NCBI GenBank assembly: GCA_035713285.1
Contig: DASSZW010000109.1
Location: forward strand, 1 to 58,433
Direction of reading: 5' to 3'
DNA from: Burkholderiales bacterium
GTDB lineage: Bacteria; Pseudomonadota; Gammaproteobacteria; Burkholderiales; Sulfuriferulaceae
DNA length: 58,433 nt
Of this stretch, positions 40,854-54,236 are shown piece after piece (within the stretch, counting starts at the first letter, position 1; each line of letters starts with the position of its first letter). The notes beneath the pieces were generated by a model. The model saw only the letters and a program-made list of their open reading frames with translations. It searched no databases and was not told the DNA's origin. A program made the position numbers and the translations under genes.

Positions 40854-41483
40854 ATGCAGCAACAGGATTATTTGATAGAGCAGGCTCGGCTCATGGATGT
40901 TTCGTTGTCGCCCGCTCAGGCCGAATGCCTGTTATCGTATCTCGCCCTGATTGCCAAATGGAACCGGGTCCATAACCTGACCGCGCTGCGCGAGCCGGAT
41001 AAAATGCTGTCGCATCATATACTGGACAGCTTGTCGATTCAGCCGTACATTACGGCGCGAAACCTGCTCGATGTCGGCAGTGGCGCGGGCTTGCCCGGCA
41101 TACCGCTGGCGATTGCCGATCCGGGCAGGCATATTACGGTCATGGATAGCAATACGAAAAAAACCAGCTTTTTGCGGCAGGCCGTGCTGGAGCTGAACTT
41201 GAAAAATGTCGACGTAATCGCGGGGCGAATTGAAAACCTGTCGGCGACACATCGATTCGACGGCATCGTATCCCGGGCATTTTCCGATATAAATCAATTC
41301 GTTGGAATGAGCATGCAGGTATTGGAAAAAGGCGGCCGCTGGTATTCAATGAAGGGCTTGCTGCCGGAAGGAGAATTGCAACAGATTCCGGCCGGCATCG
41401 AAGTGTTGACGATACAGCCGTTAAACATACCGTTGCTCGCCGCACAGCGGCATCTGGTAATCATGAAAGAGGCCGATGGCTAA
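40854..41483 (+). CDS. rsmG: 16S rRNA m7G527 methyltransferase RsmG (GidB)
   Basis: KWN..HNLTA, HILDSL, LDVGSGAGLPG and SRAF. Confidence 0.96.
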   Translation: MQQQDYLIEQARLMDVSLSPAQAECLLSYLALIAKWNRVHNLTALREPDKMLSHHILDSLSIQPYITARNLLDVGSGAGLPGIPLAIADPGRHITVMDSNTKKTSFLRQAVLELNLKNVDVIAGRIENLSATHRFDGIVSRAFSDINQFVGMSMQVLEKGGRWYSMKGLLPEGELQQIPAGIEVLTIQPLNIPLLAAQRHLVIMKEADG

Positions 41484-42267
41484 GATATTTGCGATTACCA
41501 ATCAAAAAGGCGGCGTAGGAAAGACCACGACCACCGTAAATCTGGCCGCGAGTTTTGCCGCCTCCGGGAACAAGGTCCTGCTCGTCGACCTCGATCCGCA
41601 GGGGAATGCGACGATGGGGTGCGGCATTAACAAACGGAACCTCAGTCATAGCATTTATCATTTATTGCTGGGCCAAAAAAACATATCGGAAATCATCCGG
41701 CACAGCGAAACCGGTAAATTCGATGTCTTGCCTGCAAACAGGGACCTCGCGGGCGCCGAAATCGAGCTGGTCGACCAGGATGGACGTGAAACCAGGCTTA
41801 AGCTGGCGCTGGCGACGGTCATCCAGAACTACGATTACGTGCTGATAGACTGCCCTCCAGCCTTGAATTTGCTGGCGGTTAACGCCTTAACCGCAGCAGA
41901 AGCGGTCATGATTCCCATGCAATGCGAATATTACGCATTGGAGGGCGTGTCGGATCTGGTCAACACCATCAAGAAAATACGCGTAAATTTAAACCCCAGA
42001 CTGGAAATCGAAGGTTTGCTGCGCACCATGTTTGATCCCAGAAGTACGTTGGCTCAACAGGTATCGGACCAATTGAAGAACCATTTTGATAAAAAAGTTT
42101 ACGATACGGTGATCCCGCGCAATATTCGCCTCGCCGAAGCGCCCAGTTACGGGCAGCCGGTCCTGATGTATGATCCCAATTCCAAAGGCGCGCAGGCATA
42201 TCTGGCGCTGGCCGGCGAAGTCGCAGCGCGCCGGCGCGAACAGGAGCGCGCCGGCAAATCGCGATAA
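41476..42267 (+). CDS. parA: Chromosome partitioning ATPase ParA/Soj
   Basis: NQKGGVGKTTT, DLDPQGNAT, IDCPP and IPRNIRLAEAPS. Confidence 0.96.
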   Translation: MAKIFAITNQKGGVGKTTTTVNLAASFAASGNKVLLVDLDPQGNATMGCGINKRNLSHSIYHLLLGQKNISEIIRHSETGKFDVLPANRDLAGAEIELVDQDGRETRLKLALATVIQNYDYVLIDCPPALNLLAVNALTAAEAVMIPMQCEYYALEGVSDLVNTIKKIRVNLNPRLEIEGLLRTMFDPRSTLAQQVSDQLKNHFDKKVYDTVIPRNIRLAEAPSYGQPVLMYDPNSKGAQAYLALAGEVAARRREQERAGKSR

Positions 42268-42392
42268 GGCATTTTTTCCGTCGGCCCCGGGCGGCGGACG
42301 TCGAAACCGGCACATTGCGGCTAACAAACTCGATAGCAGGACAGGGCGCTGACAAGTACGGACAATTCGGTAATGAACGGGAAGGGAAAGTT

Positions 42393-43238
42393 ATGAAAAG
42401 AACGCGTGGATTGGGTCGCGGACTCGATGCACTTTTGGCTGGCGACGATAGTCCGCCCGTGCATGGTGAAATGAAGGCAGTGCCAGTGCACCAGCTCCGG
42501 TCCGGAAAATATCAGCCGCGAACCAGAATGGACACGGACAGCCTGAACAGCCTGGCCGAATCGATCCGTTCGCAAGGCGTGATGCAGCCGATACTGGTGC
42601 GTGAAACCGGCGAGCAGCAATTTGAAATCATTGCAGGCGAGCGGCGCTGGCGCGCAGCGCAAATAGCGGGACTGGAAGAAGTGCCGGTACTGGTCAGAAT
42701 CGTCGAGGACGAAGCCGCTCTGGCGATGGCGCTGATAGAAAATATCCAGCGGGAAGATCTGAATCCGCTGGAAGAAGCAGCCGGCATCCAGCGCCTGATC
42801 GATGATTTCGATATGACGCACCAGACCGCGGCTGAAGCGGTGGGCCGTTCCCGTAGCGCGGTGAGCAACCTGCTGAGATTGCTCAATCTGCCTGCAAGCA
42901 TCCAGCGCATGATGATGGATATGCAGTTGGATATGGGCCACGCGCGGGCATTGCTGGCGCTGCCCGGACCCAGCCAGGCAACCGTGGCGGAGGAAGTGGT
43001 TCAGCGTCAGCTGTCGGTTCGGGAAACGGAAAAACTGGTGTCTCGCCACCTGAAGCCGACGCCTGCGGAAAAAAAGGAAATAAAACAGGATCGCGACGTA
43101 ATGAACCTGATGGAGCGCCTGTCCGACGGCCTGGGAACGAAAGTAAGCATTAAAACCCGCAAAAACGGTGCGGGTCAGCTCCTGATCGATTATACCGATA
43201 TTGCGCAGCTTGATAATATAATCAACAGGTTATCTTAG
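42393..43238 (+). CDS. parB: Chromosome partitioning protein ParB
   Basis: GLGRGL, YQPR, AGERRWRA, ENIQREDL and HTH. Start reassigned to the ATG at 42393. Confidence 0.96.
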   Translation: MKRTRGLGRGLDALLAGDDSPPVHGEMKAVPVHQLRSGKYQPRTRMDTDSLNSLAESIRSQGVMQPILVRETGEQQFEIIAGERRWRAAQIAGLEEVPVLVRIVEDEAALAMALIENIQREDLNPLEEAAGIQRLIDDFDMTHQTAAEAVGRSRSAVSNLLRLLNLPASIQRMMMDMQLDMGHARALLALPGPSQATVAEEVVQRQLSVRETEKLVSRHLKPTPAEKKEIKQDRDVMNLMERLSDGLGTKVSIKTRKNGAGQLLIDYTDIAQLDNIINRLS

Positions 43239-43299
43239 ATTGCGCAAGTTTGTGCGCGGCACGGGAAAAACTAGGCATTGCATAACCCTGTTTGACTAA

Positions 43300-43371
43300 T
43301 GTATTATCTCGGACTGATCGCCTGATGGCGCTTCGTGTATTATCTCGGACTGATCGCCTGATGGCGCTTCG
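43300..43371. repeat. Perfect 36-bp tandem duplication upstream of atpI
   Basis: TGTATTATCTCGGACTGATCGCCTGATGGCGCTTCG at 43300-43335 and 43336-43371, with no spacer. Confidence 0.97.
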
Positions 43372-43409
43372 CCTTTTGTGCGGATTGATTACGCTCAAGG
43401 GAGCCTGGT

Positions 43410-43814
43410 ATGCGATCTGCGGTACAAGATCCGAAGCAAGACGCAAGAATAATAAACTACATTATTAAACTACAGTTAATTCTGTTTATTGCCGGAATGG
43501 CGGTAATTAAATTCGTGGTGCCGGGGATACTGAAGTCCGTGTTATATGGAAGCCTGATCGCTTTATTAAACACCGGATTTTTATATTGGCGTATGCGCAA
43601 GGCCGAATCAAATCCGTCCAACACCGCACACGGCAGCCTGAAGCAGGTACAGCGAGCAGCGCTGGAGCGCTTCCTGCTGATAGCGGCCCTGCTCGCGGTA
43701 GGTATGTCAGGCAAGCTCAGGTTGATGCCGGTTGCGGTGTTGACAAGTTTCATAACAGGACAATTGATATTTTTACTCGGCGCGGTAATATTTGCCCCCC
43801 GCCAGTCTGAATAA
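43410..43814 (+). CDS. atpI: ATP synthase protein I
   Basis: Small hydrophobic protein immediately before atpB; AGGGAG RBS. Confidence 0.8.
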   Translation: MRSAVQDPKQDARIINYIIKLQLILFIAGMAVIKFVVPGILKSVLYGSLIALLNTGFLYWRMRKAESNPSNTAHGSLKQVQRAALERFLLIAALLAVGMSGKLRLMPVAVLTSFITGQLIFLLGAVIFAPRQSE

Positions 43815-43830
43815 AACTGAATACAGCTAG

Positions 43831-44682
<852 letters not shown>

Positions 44683-44728
44683 GATTTATCTGATTGTAAT
44701 TTTTACTTTTTTAATCGAGGAGCAGTAA

Positions 44729-44968
<240 letters not shown>

Positions 44969-45002
44969 AACTAGACTTACCCTACCGTAGAAAGGTCCCG
45001 GC

Positions 45003-45473
45003 ATGAATATAAATGCTACCCTCATCGGACAGTCTATAACGTTTTTCGTGTTTGTGTGGTTTTGCATGAAATTCGTATGGCCGCCGATTATGCACGCGCT
45101 GAATGAGCGCAAAAAGCAGATTGCGGACGGCTTGGCGGCGGGAGAGCGCGGTAAACATGAATTAGAGCTTGCGTCTAAACATGCCGCAGCAAACCTGCAG
45201 GACGCCAGACAGAAAGCAGCTGAAATCATAGCGCAAGCCGAGAAACGCGCGGCGCAACTGATTGAAGAAGCGAAAAGCGCCGCCAAGGTCGAAGGCGATC
45301 GCATGATAGCCAGCGCTCAGGCAAGCGTCGCACAGGAAACCGTGCGCGCCAAAGAAGCCCTGCGTTCGCAAGTGGCGGAACTGGCAGTCGCCGGTGCTGA
45401 AAAAATCCTGCGCCGCGAAATCGATCCCAAGGCACACGCCGAATTGCTCAATGCTATTCAGGACGAACTGTAA
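45003..45473 (+). CDS. atpF: F0 subunit b
   Basis: MNINATLIGQ...F..FCMKFVWPP..ER..IADGL. Confidence 0.97.
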   Translation: MNINATLIGQSITFFVFVWFCMKFVWPPIMHALNERKKQIADGLAAGERGKHELELASKHAAANLQDARQKAAEIIAQAEKRAAQLIEEAKSAAKVEGDRMIASAQASVAQETVRAKEALRSQVAELAVAGAEKILRREIDPKAHAELLNAIQDEL

Positions 45474-45475
45474 TC

Positions 45476-46012
45476 ATGGCTGAAATAGCAACTATCGCCC
45501 GCCCTTATGCAGAAGCCGTATTTCGGCTGGCCAAGGAAAGCGGGAAGCTCCCGGCATGGTCGGAACAATTGTCCTTGCTGCAGCTGGTGGCCGCGGACGC
45601 CGACATGCAGCGCCTCGCGAACGATCCTGAAGTCAGCCGCGAACAGCTTAAAAATCTTTTTTTGAGCGTATGCGGCAGCAGGCTCGACCATGACGCCGGA
45701 AACTTCATTAGCCTGCTGATCGATAACGGCCGCATTAATGCCCTGCCGGAAATCGTCGAACAGTTTGAAGCGCTCAAGGCGCAGCAGGGTGGCGTGCTGG
45801 AAGCCAAAGTCGCTAGCGCATTCGCCATGAACGATGAACAAATCGCAGCATTAGCCACGCGCCTGGAAGCAAAATTTCATAGCAAGCTGAGCCTGACGGT
45901 AGAAGTCGATGCCTCCCTGATCGGCGGCATCGTTGTCAGTGTCGGCGACGAAGTCTATGACGCTTCGGTGCAAGGAAAATTGCAAAACATGGCCTACGCG
46001 CTTAAACGTTAA
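45476..46012 (+). CDS. atpH: F1 subunit delta
   Basis: TIARPYAEA, LIGG and DASV motifs. Confidence 0.96.
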   Translation: MAEIATIARPYAEAVFRLAKESGKLPAWSEQLSLLQLVAADADMQRLANDPEVSREQLKNLFLSVCGSRLDHDAGNFISLLIDNGRINALPEIVEQFEALKAQQGGVLEAKVASAFAMNDEQIAALATRLEAKFHSKLSLTVEVDASLIGGIVVSVGDEVYDASVQGKLQNMAYALKR

Positions 46013-46032
46013 GATTCCATTAGGAGCTATCA

Positions 46033-47574
46033 ATGCAACTCAATCCCACCGAGATCAGTGATCTCATCAAAAGCAAAATTCAGAACCTGGCGGCAGCTTC
46101 TGAATTGCGGACGCAAGGAACAGTCGTGTCCGTGACCGACGGTATCGTTCGGGTGCACGGTTTGTCGGACGTCATGCAAGGCGAAATGCTGGAGTTTCCG
46201 GGCAATACCTTCGGCCTGGCGCTCAACCTCGAGCGCGACTCTGTCGGCGCTGTGGTGCTCGGCGAATACGAGCACATCAGCGAAGGCGACACCGTCAAAT
46301 GCACAGGCCGCATTCTTGAAGTGCCGATAGGTCCGGAACTGGTCGGTCGCGTAGTCGATTCGCTGGGACAGCCGATAGACGGCAAAGGACCGGTTAACGC
46401 AAAATTAAGCGCATCCATAGAAAAAATCGCTCCCGGCGTTATCGCGCGGCAATCGGTTACGCAGCCATTGCAAACCGGATTGAAATCGGTCGATGCGATG
46501 GTGCCTATCGGTCGCGGTCAGCGCGAACTGATTATCGGCGACCGGCAGACCGGTAAAACCGCCGTTGCCGTGGATGCCATCATCAACCAGAAAGGTACCG
46601 GCGTCATCTGCATTTACGTCGCTATCGGACAAAAGGCGTCGTCGATTGCCAACGTCGTACGCAAGCTGGAAGAACACGGCGCGCTGGGACATACCATCGT
46701 CGTGGCGGCAACCGCTTCGGATTCGGCTGCGATGCAATATATTGCGCCTTACTCTGGCTGCACCATGGGCGAATACTTCCGCGACCGCGGCCAGGACGCG
46801 CTGATCGTTTACGACGACCTGACCAAGCAGGCCTGGGCGTATCGCCAGATTTCCTTGCTGCTGCGCCGTCCGCCCGGCCGCGAAGCGTATCCCGGCGACG
46901 TGTTTTACCTCCACTCCCGTTTGCTGGAGCGCGCAGCGCGCATCAACGCCGATCAGGTCGAAAAACTGACCAACGGCGAAGTCAAGGGTAAAACTGGATC
47001 GCTGACCGCATTGCCGATTATCGAAACCCAGGCCGGCGACGTCTCCGCATTCGTACCGACCAACGTGATTTCGATTACCGACGGCCAGATATTCCTCGAA
47101 ACCGATCTGTTCAACGCCGGTATCCGTCCTGCTATCAATGCCGGCCTGTCGGTGTCCCGCGTCGGCGGCGCCGCACAAACCAAGGTTATCAAGAAGCTGG
47201 GCGGAGGCGTGCGTCTCGCGCTGGCTCAATACCGTGAACTGGCTGCATTCGCGCAATTCGCGTCCGATCTGGACGAGGCGACCCGCAAGCAGCTCGAGCG
47301 CGGCAAGCTGGTTACCGAATTGATGAAGCAAAACCAGTATGCGCCGATGAACGTAGCGGAAATGGCATTAAGCCTGTTCGCCGTCAACAAAGGCTATATG
47401 GACAATATCGACGTCAAGAAAACCTTGGCATTCGAAAGCGCGCTCGCATCGTTCGTGAAATCCAAGTACGGCTCGCTGCTGGAAAAAATTCAGACTACCG
47501 GCGACATGCCTGCGGACATAGAAGCGGGATTAACCAAAGCCATTGAGGAATTCAAATCCTCAGCGGCTTATTGA
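46033..47574 (+). CDS. atpA: F1 subunit alpha
   Basis: [29 protein letters not shown] and SVSRVGG. Confidence 0.99.
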   Translation: MQLNPTEISDLIKSKIQNLAAASELRTQGTVVSVTDGIVRVHGLSDVMQGEMLEFPGNTFGLALNLERDSVGAVVLGEYEHISEGDTVKCTGRILEVPIGPELVGRVVDSLGQPIDGKGPVNAKLSASIEKIAPGVIARQSVTQPLQTGLKSVDAMVPIGRGQRELIIGDRQTGKTAVAVDAIINQKGTGVICIYVAIGQKASSIANVVRKLEEHGALGHTIVVAATASDSAAMQYIAPYSGCTMGEYFRDRGQDALIVYDDLTKQAWAYRQISLLLRRPPGREAYPGDVFYLHSRLLERAARINADQVEKLTNGEVKGKTGSLTALPIIETQAGDVSAFVPTNVISITDGQIFLETDLFNAGIRPAINAGLSVSRVGGAAQTKVIKKLGGGVRLALAQYRELAAFAQFASDLDEATRKQLERGKLVTELMKQNQYAPMNVAEMALSLFAVNKGYMDNIDVKKTLAFESALASFVKSKYGSLLEKIQTTGDMPADIEAGLTKAIEEFKSSAAY

Positions 47575-47587
47575 CTGGACTAGCGTC

Positions 47588-48451
47588 ATGGCGTCAGGCA
47601 AAGAGATACGAACCAAGATCAAGAGCGTAGAAAATACGCGCAAGATCACGCGAGCCATGGAAATGGTTGCCGCTGCCAAAATGCGCAAAGCGCAGGAGCG
47701 CATGCGTGCGGCCAGGCCATATGCAGAAAAAATCGGCAATGTCGCAGCGCATCTATCGCACGCCCACCCCGAATACAAACATCCGTTTGTGCTCAAGCGT
47801 GAACAGCAAAAGCGGGCGGGCGCGATCGTCGTAACCACAGACAAGGGATTGTGCGGCGGTTTGAATACCAATATCCTGCGCCTGCTGGTTAACCAGATGA
47901 AAAAATGGGATGGCGCGAAGCTCGGCATAGACGTTACTGCAATCGGCAATAAAGGGCTCGGTTTCCTGCAGCGCTCCGGCGCGAATGTCGTGTCGCAAGT
48001 CGTGGCCCTTGGCGATACGCCGCATATGGATCGGCTGATCGGACCGGTCAAGGTCATGCTCGATGCGTACATGGAAGGCAAAATCGACACCTTGCATGTT
48101 TTCTATAACCGCTTCATCAATACGATGAAGCAGGAACCAGTAATGGTGCAATTGCTGCCCCTGTCGGCACCCGTTAACGATGACTTGAAGCATTACTGGG
48201 ATTATATATACGAGCCCGATGCCAAGGAAGTCGTGGATGCCCTGCTGATTCGTTATGTCGAGGCGTTAATTTATCAGGCTGTGGCAGAAAATATGGCGTG
48301 CGAGCAAAGTGCGCGTATGGTGGCGATGAAAGCCGCTTCCGATAACGCCAAAAACGTGATAGGCGAACTTAAACTGGTCTATAACAAGACCCGTCAGGCA
48401 GCTATTACCAAAGAACTCTCCGAGATCGTAGCAGGTGCTGCGGCCGTTTAA
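47588..48451 (+). CDS. atpG: F1 subunit gamma
   Basis: [20 protein letters not shown] and RQAAITKEL. Start at the ATG at 47588. Confidence 0.98.
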   Translation: MASGKEIRTKIKSVENTRKITRAMEMVAAAKMRKAQERMRAARPYAEKIGNVAAHLSHAHPEYKHPFVLKREQQKRAGAIVVTTDKGLCGGLNTNILRLLVNQMKKWDGAKLGIDVTAIGNKGLGFLQRSGANVVSQVVALGDTPHMDRLIGPVKVMLDAYMEGKIDTLHVFYNRFINTMKQEPVMVQLLPLSAPVNDDLKHYWDYIYEPDAKEVVDALLIRYVEALIYQAVAENMACEQSARMVAMKAASDNAKNVIGELKLVYNKTRQAAITKELSEIVAGAAAV

Positions 48452-49858
<1,407 letters not shown>

Positions 49859-49866
49859 TCCAGGCC

Positions 49867-49891
49867 CGGACGCAAATCACATTTGCGTCCG
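49867..49891 (+). other. Intercistronic hairpin between atpD and atpC
   Basis: CGGACGCAAAT-CAC-ATTTGCGTCCG, an 11-bp perfect stem without a U-tract. Confidence 0.6.
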
Positions 49892-49919
49892 CTGACAGCA
49901 CGCAGGGAAAGAGATATTT

Positions 49920-50342
49920 ATGGCAACCACCATACACGTAGATATAGTAAGCGCGGAAGCATCCTTGTTTTCCGGCGATGCTGAATTTGTCATCGTACCT
50001 GCAGAAATGGGGGAGGTGGGCATATACCCGCTTCACACCCAGCTGCTGACTAAAATCAAGCCCGGATCGGTGCGGATCAAAAAACCGGACAGCCAGGAAG
50101 AAGAACTTATTTACGTTTCAGGCGGAATGCTGGAAGTACAGCCGCATCTGGTTACGATTTTGTCCGATACCGCAATCCGCGGACAAGACCTGGACGAAGC
50201 GCAAGCGCTTGAAGCCAAGCGCCGTGCTGAAGATGCCATGAGAGACCGGTCTTCTGTAATGGATTACGCCAGAGCGCAAGCTGAACTGGCGGAAGCCATA
50301 GCGCAAATTGCGGCGATACACCAACTTAAAAAACGTCATTAA
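49920..50342 (+). CDS. atpC: F1 subunit epsilon
   Basis: DIVSAE...GE.GI.P.H...YVSGG.LEVQP. Confidence 0.97.
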   Translation: MATTIHVDIVSAEASLFSGDAEFVIVPAEMGEVGIYPLHTQLLTKIKPGSVRIKKPDSQEEELIYVSGGMLEVQPHLVTILSDTAIRGQDLDEAQALEAKRRAEDAMRDRSSVMDYARAQAELAEAIAQIAAIHQLKKRH

Positions 50343-50383
50343 ACGTGAAGCAAACGGCGGAAAGCAATGCGCTGGCTGGCTAA

Positions 50384-50419
50384 AACAAAAGGCAAATCCT
50401 GATAGATTTGCCTTTTGTT
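50384..50419 (+). terminator. Rho-independent terminator of the atp operon (potentially bidirectional)
   Basis: AACAAAAGGCAAATC-CTGATA-GATTTGCCTTTTGTT with A and T tracts on either side. Confidence 0.85.
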
Positions 50420-50482
50420 ATTGGCGCTACCGGCTTGGCCGAAAATTTCGTTGCCCGATTTATTCGGAAGAAAGGATGGTTT

Positions 50483-50863
50483 ATGAATAATGCGGCGTAC
50501 GAGCGCGGGGTGCAGAGGCTGAAAGAGGTCGATGCCGTCGCGGCGGATAGCGTTATGGAAAGCCTGTCTTCGATTTGTCCCGATTTCGGCAGGTTTATTA
50601 TCGAATTCGGCTATGGCGAAATACACAGCCGTCCCGGTTTAAGCCTGCAGCAGCGCGAACTGGCTACCGTTGCCGCGTTGACAGCTATGGGAACAGCGCC
50701 GCTTCAATTAAAAATTCATATCGGCGCGGCATTGAATGTAGGGCTGTCCAGAACGGAAATTGTGGAAACCATAATACAAATGGCCGTCTACGCAGGATTT
50801 CCAGCCGCATTAAATGGTTTAGCGGCGGCAAAGGAAGTGTTTGGCGAACGCGGTATGCTTTAG
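50483..50863 (+). CDS. Carboxymuconolactone decarboxylase (CMD) family protein
   Basis: EFGYGEI.SRPGL...RELAT.AAL, HI.AALN.G and YAGFP. ATG at 50483 after AAGGA. Confidence 0.88.
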   Translation: MNNAAYERGVQRLKEVDAVAADSVMESLSSICPDFGRFIIEFGYGEIHSRPGLSLQQRELATVAALTAMGTAPLQLKIHIGAALNVGLSRTEIVETIIQMAVYAGFPAALNGLAAAKEVFGERGML

Positions 50864-50870
50864 GGCAATA

Positions 50871-51956
50871 TCAGGAATAATATAACAATAGCTTGTAATT
50901 GCTGACATTGATTCGATCAAGCTTCAATGTCAATTTTCCGGAAATCTCATCATGCGGCGAAATTCCCCGGGCGATGGCGGCCTTGCTGGCGTAGGACGGA
51001 GGGTCGAAGTTGCGTTTTACGACGATCTCGCCGGCATCGTTGATCAGCGCCAGCGAAACGGAAGGATACGCTACCGTTTTATTGGACAGGTTTTCCAGCC
51101 CGAAAGTGACATTCATCCAATTCTGATGCGCCGGATCTGTTATCAACTCAGAGCTGCTGATTTTAATCGCTTCGATAGAGCGCGGTAATTCGATACGGCA
51201 GCCGAACGTCTGGCACAGGCTCATCAAAGCCGGTTTGCTTTGGGGAAAGTCGCTGGCGATCCGATTTCGGTATAAATAGCCGAACTGGAGCAGTAGCAGG
51301 AATAGCAAAATCGAGCTCGTCGCAGTAAATAATACCGGGCGGCGTTCTTTGCGCACAGGCAGGAAGTCAATGTAGGTATCCGAGCCTTGCTCGCTGCCGG
51401 CGGACCCGATCGGTGTAGACGACGCATCGTCAGCGACGTCGACAGCATCGGTACGCTGTTCATTCCCGGATTCCGCGGCCGCATCGTGTAATGATGGGGC
51501 GTCGTCGGTATGCGGAGATTCGTTAAAGGCCGCATCGCTCAGGTCCGAGAGCGGATCGGTTTCCTCCGGATACGGAACAGCAGGTTCTTCTGACCGTACG
51601 GGCTCTGCAAGTGGCTCAGAACCCGCATCAGGCTGTCCGGCGGGGGTATCCGGCGTGTCGTTATCGTGCAGGATGGCCACAGCATTGGTTTCATCAGAAT
51701 GACCCGCGAGGATATCCTTTTCTTGCCCTGAGCCTCCACCCGATGCGGTTTCCGGAGGTTCAGGAGATTTTGTGTCAGATGATGCGACTTCCACCGCTTC
51801 GCCGGCAACAGCCAGAGGGGCGGTTGTCGCTATCCAGTGCGCGTGCGCGTTAAACACCATGCCGCAGACGCCGCATTGCACCATTCCGTCGGTATCATGC
51901 AGCGCTGCTGCCGCTACGCGGAATATCGTATGGCAAATCGGGCAGACGGTTTGCAT
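50871..51956 (-). CDS. Zinc-ribbon / DUF3426-domain membrane protein
   Basis: CP.C.T.F...V.CG.C..VF N-terminus, acidic linker, TM helix and C-terminal C..FGC domain; usual neighbour of prmA. Confidence 0.85.
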   Translation of the reverse strand: MQTVCPICHTIFRVAAAALHDTDGMVQCGVCGMVFNAHAHWIATTAPLAVAGEAVEVASSDTKSPEPPETASGGGSGQEKDILAGHSDETNAVAILHDNDTPDTPAGQPDAGSEPLAEPVRSEEPAVPYPEETDPLSDLSDAAFNESPHTDDAPSLHDAAAESGNEQRTDAVDVADDASSTPIGSAGSEQGSDTYIDFLPVRKERRPVLFTATSSILLFLLLLQFGYLYRNRIASDFPQSKPALMSLCQTFGCRIELPRSIEAIKISSSELITDPAHQNWMNVTFGLENLSNKTVAYPSVSLALINDAGEIVVKRNFDPPSYASKAAIARGISPHDEISGKLTLKLDRINVSNYKLLLYYS

Positions 51957-51958
51957 CG

Positions 51959-52849
51959 TCAGCGCCGTTTGGTGCCCGACAGGCAGACCCAGCCTTCTTC
52001 GCTGCGCCAGACGGCCAGTTCAAACCAGGGTTGATATGCGCCAAGAATTTTATCCGCCTGTTCGTCCAGTATTCCCGACAATACAAGCTTGCCGCCAACC
52101 AGGCAACGGTCAGCCAGTAACGGCGCCAAGGCCAGCAAGGGATTGGTAAGAATATTAGCAATCACGATGCTGGCCTTGCTGCCCGGGTCGGCATCGGGCA
52201 GATAAAATTCGGCTTGCACCCGGTTGCCGAGCGCATTATCGCGGGCAGTCGTAATGGAAAGCGGATCGATATCTACCCCGTACGCGCGATTAGCGCCGAA
52301 TTTGAGCGCCGCTATCGCCAGAATGCCCGAACCGCAACCGTAATCGAGTACGTCGTCAGCCGGTTGAACGTTCTGTTCCAGCCATTGCAGGCACAAACGG
52401 GTAGTGGGGTGCGAACCGGTACCGAACGCAAGCCCGGGGTCGAGTACTAGATTGATCGCATCGGGATCAGGGGCGTCATGCCAGCTTGGCACTATCCATA
52501 AGCGCGCCGAAATGGAGATCGGCGCGAACTCAGCTTGCGTCAGCCGTACCCAGTCCTGCTCGGCAATTGTTTCGATCCGGTAATCGGGCAGCCGATAACC
52601 GGCGGCCGCAGCAGCATTCTGTAAAAGCGATGGTACGTCGGCATCCTGCGCGAACAGGCAGATTATGAGATTGCATTGCCATAAGGTATCGACCGGCATG
52701 CCGGGCTCGCCGAATACCGGAGTCTCGCTGACAGTGCCGGCCGCAGCGTCTTCGATGCTGACGGCGAGCGCACCCGATTCCATCAGCGCTTCAGACAGGG
52801 TTTCTGCCTGTTCTTCGGTAGCCGGCAGGCTGACGGATTGCCAGGGCAT
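51959..52849 (-). CDS. prmA: Ribosomal protein L11 methyltransferase
   Basis: LDPGLAFGTGSHPTT, LDYGCGSGIL and ANIL. Confidence 0.97.
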   Translation of the reverse strand: MPWQSVSLPATEEQAETLSEALMESGALAVSIEDAAAGTVSETPVFGEPGMPVDTLWQCNLIICLFAQDADVPSLLQNAAAAAGYRLPDYRIETIAEQDWVRLTQAEFAPISISARLWIVPSWHDAPDPDAINLVLDPGLAFGTGSHPTTRLCLQWLEQNVQPADDVLDYGCGSGILAIAALKFGANRAYGVDIDPLSITTARDNALGNRVQAEFYLPDADPGSKASIVIANILTNPLLALAPLLADRCLVGGKLVLSGILDEQADKILGAYQPWFELAVWRSEEGWVCLSGTKRR

Positions 52850-52859
52850 AATCGGTATC

Positions 52860-54212
52860 CTATATCGGCGCCGGTTTCGCCAGCTTGTGTTCCAGATAAT
52901 GGATGCTGGTACTGCCGAGAATGAAGTTCTGGTCGTGCATCAGGTCTTGATGCAGGACGATGTTAGTATTCACTCCTTCGACGATCATTTCCATCAGGGC
53001 CGTACGCATGCGCGCGATCGCCTGTTCGCGGGTGGCGCCGTATGCCAGCAGTTTGCCTATCATCGAATCGTAATGCGAAGGCACCCAGTAATTCTGGTAA
53101 ACGTGCGAATCGACCCGTATGCCCGGACCGCCGGGCGCATGATACGCGGTGATCCGGCCGGGGGAGGGCATGAACGTGTAGGGGTGCTCGGCATTGATCC
53201 GGCATTCGATGGCGTGGCCGCGCAGTACGACGTCTTTCTGTTTGTAATGCAGAGGCGCTCCGGCTGCAATATGGATTTGCTCCTGCACGATATCGATTCC
53301 GGTTACCAGTTCGGTTACCGGATGTTCGACCTGAATCCGGGTATTCATTTCGATGAAGAAAAACTCGCCGTCTTCATACAGAAATTCGAAAGTACCTGCA
53401 CCCCGATAGTTGATTTTACGGCAGGCCGCCGCGCAGCGTTCGCCTATTTTGTCCCGCAATTTCGGATCGAGCCCCGGCGCCGGCGCTTCTTCGAGAATTT
53501 TTTGATGACGGCGTTGCATCGAGCAGTCGCGTTCGCCCAGATGGATGGCATTGCCGTGGGTATCGGCCAGGATCTGTATTTCAATATGGCGCGGTTTTTG
53601 CAAATACCGCTCCATATAGACGACCGGATTGCCGAAAGCGGCTTGGGCTTCAGCCTGCGTCATCGCGACTGCGTTCAGCAGCGCTCCTTCGCTGTGAACG
53701 ACGCGCATGCCGCGGCCGCCGCCGCCGCCGGCAGCTTTGATAATGATGGGATAACCGACGTTCCTGGCTATGCGGCGGATTTCTTCGGGGTCTTCCGGCA
53801 AGGCGCCGTCCGACCCCGGAACACACGGCACGCCCGACGCTTTCATGGAGTTTTTGGCCGATACCTTATCGCCCATCAAGCGTATGGTTTCCGGTCTGGG
53901 GCCGATGAAAACAAAGCCCGACGACTCGACCCGTTCTGCGAAATCGGCATTTTCTGCCAGAAATCCGTAACCCGGATGGATCGCTTCGGCGTCGGTCAAT
54001 TCTGCCGCACTGATAATGGCGGGGACGTTCAGGTAGCTCAGGGCGGAAGCGGCGGGTCCGATACAAACGGATTCGTCGGCCAGCTTGACGTACTTGGCGT
54101 CAGCGTCGGCTTCCGAATGTACGGCAACGGTTTTAATCCCCATTTCCCGACAAGCTCGCTGTATACGTAGAGCGATCTCGCCGCGGTTGGCGATAAGAAT
54201 TTTTTCAAACAT
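52860..54212 (-). CDS. accC: Acetyl-CoA carboxylase, biotin carboxylase subunit
   Basis: [25 protein letters not shown] and [10 protein letters not shown]. Confidence 0.98.
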   Translation of the reverse strand: MFEKILIANRGEIALRIQRACREMGIKTVAVHSEADADAKYVKLADESVCIGPAASALSYLNVPAIISAAELTDAEAIHPGYGFLAENADFAERVESSGFVFIGPRPETIRLMGDKVSAKNSMKASGVPCVPGSDGALPEDPEEIRRIARNVGYPIIIKAAGGGGGRGMRVVHSEGALLNAVAMTQAEAQAAFGNPVVYMERYLQKPRHIEIQILADTHGNAIHLGERDCSMQRRHQKILEEAPAPGLDPKLRDKIGERCAAACRKINYRGAGTFEFLYEDGEFFFIEMNTRIQVEHPVTELVTGIDIVQEQIHIAAGAPLHYKQKDVVLRGHAIECRINAEHPYTFMPSPGRITAYHAPGGPGIRVDSHVYQNYWVPSHYDSMIGKLLAYGATREQAIARMRTALMEMIVEGVNTNIVLHQDLMHDQNFILGSTSIHYLEHKLAKPAPI

Positions 54213-54236
54213 GAGCGGCCTGTTTTTGAAGTGGAA

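Noticed and set aside
42319-42396. attC-like sequence in the parA-parB spacer (GGCTAAC ... GTTATGA); similar CTAAC starts near 7250 and 28465
   Set aside because: No complementary R and L boxes, no extended hairpin, and no integron integrase in the window.
43300-43371. 36-bp repeats as a mini CRISPR array
   Set aside because: The copies abut with no spacer, there are only two units, and no cas genes are in the window.
52665-54170. 501-aa plus-strand ORF
   Set aside because: Antisense shadow of accC/prmA with no motifs. The same applies to the other long antisense ORFs (27064-28227, 46405-47331, 31188-31997, 11136-11963).
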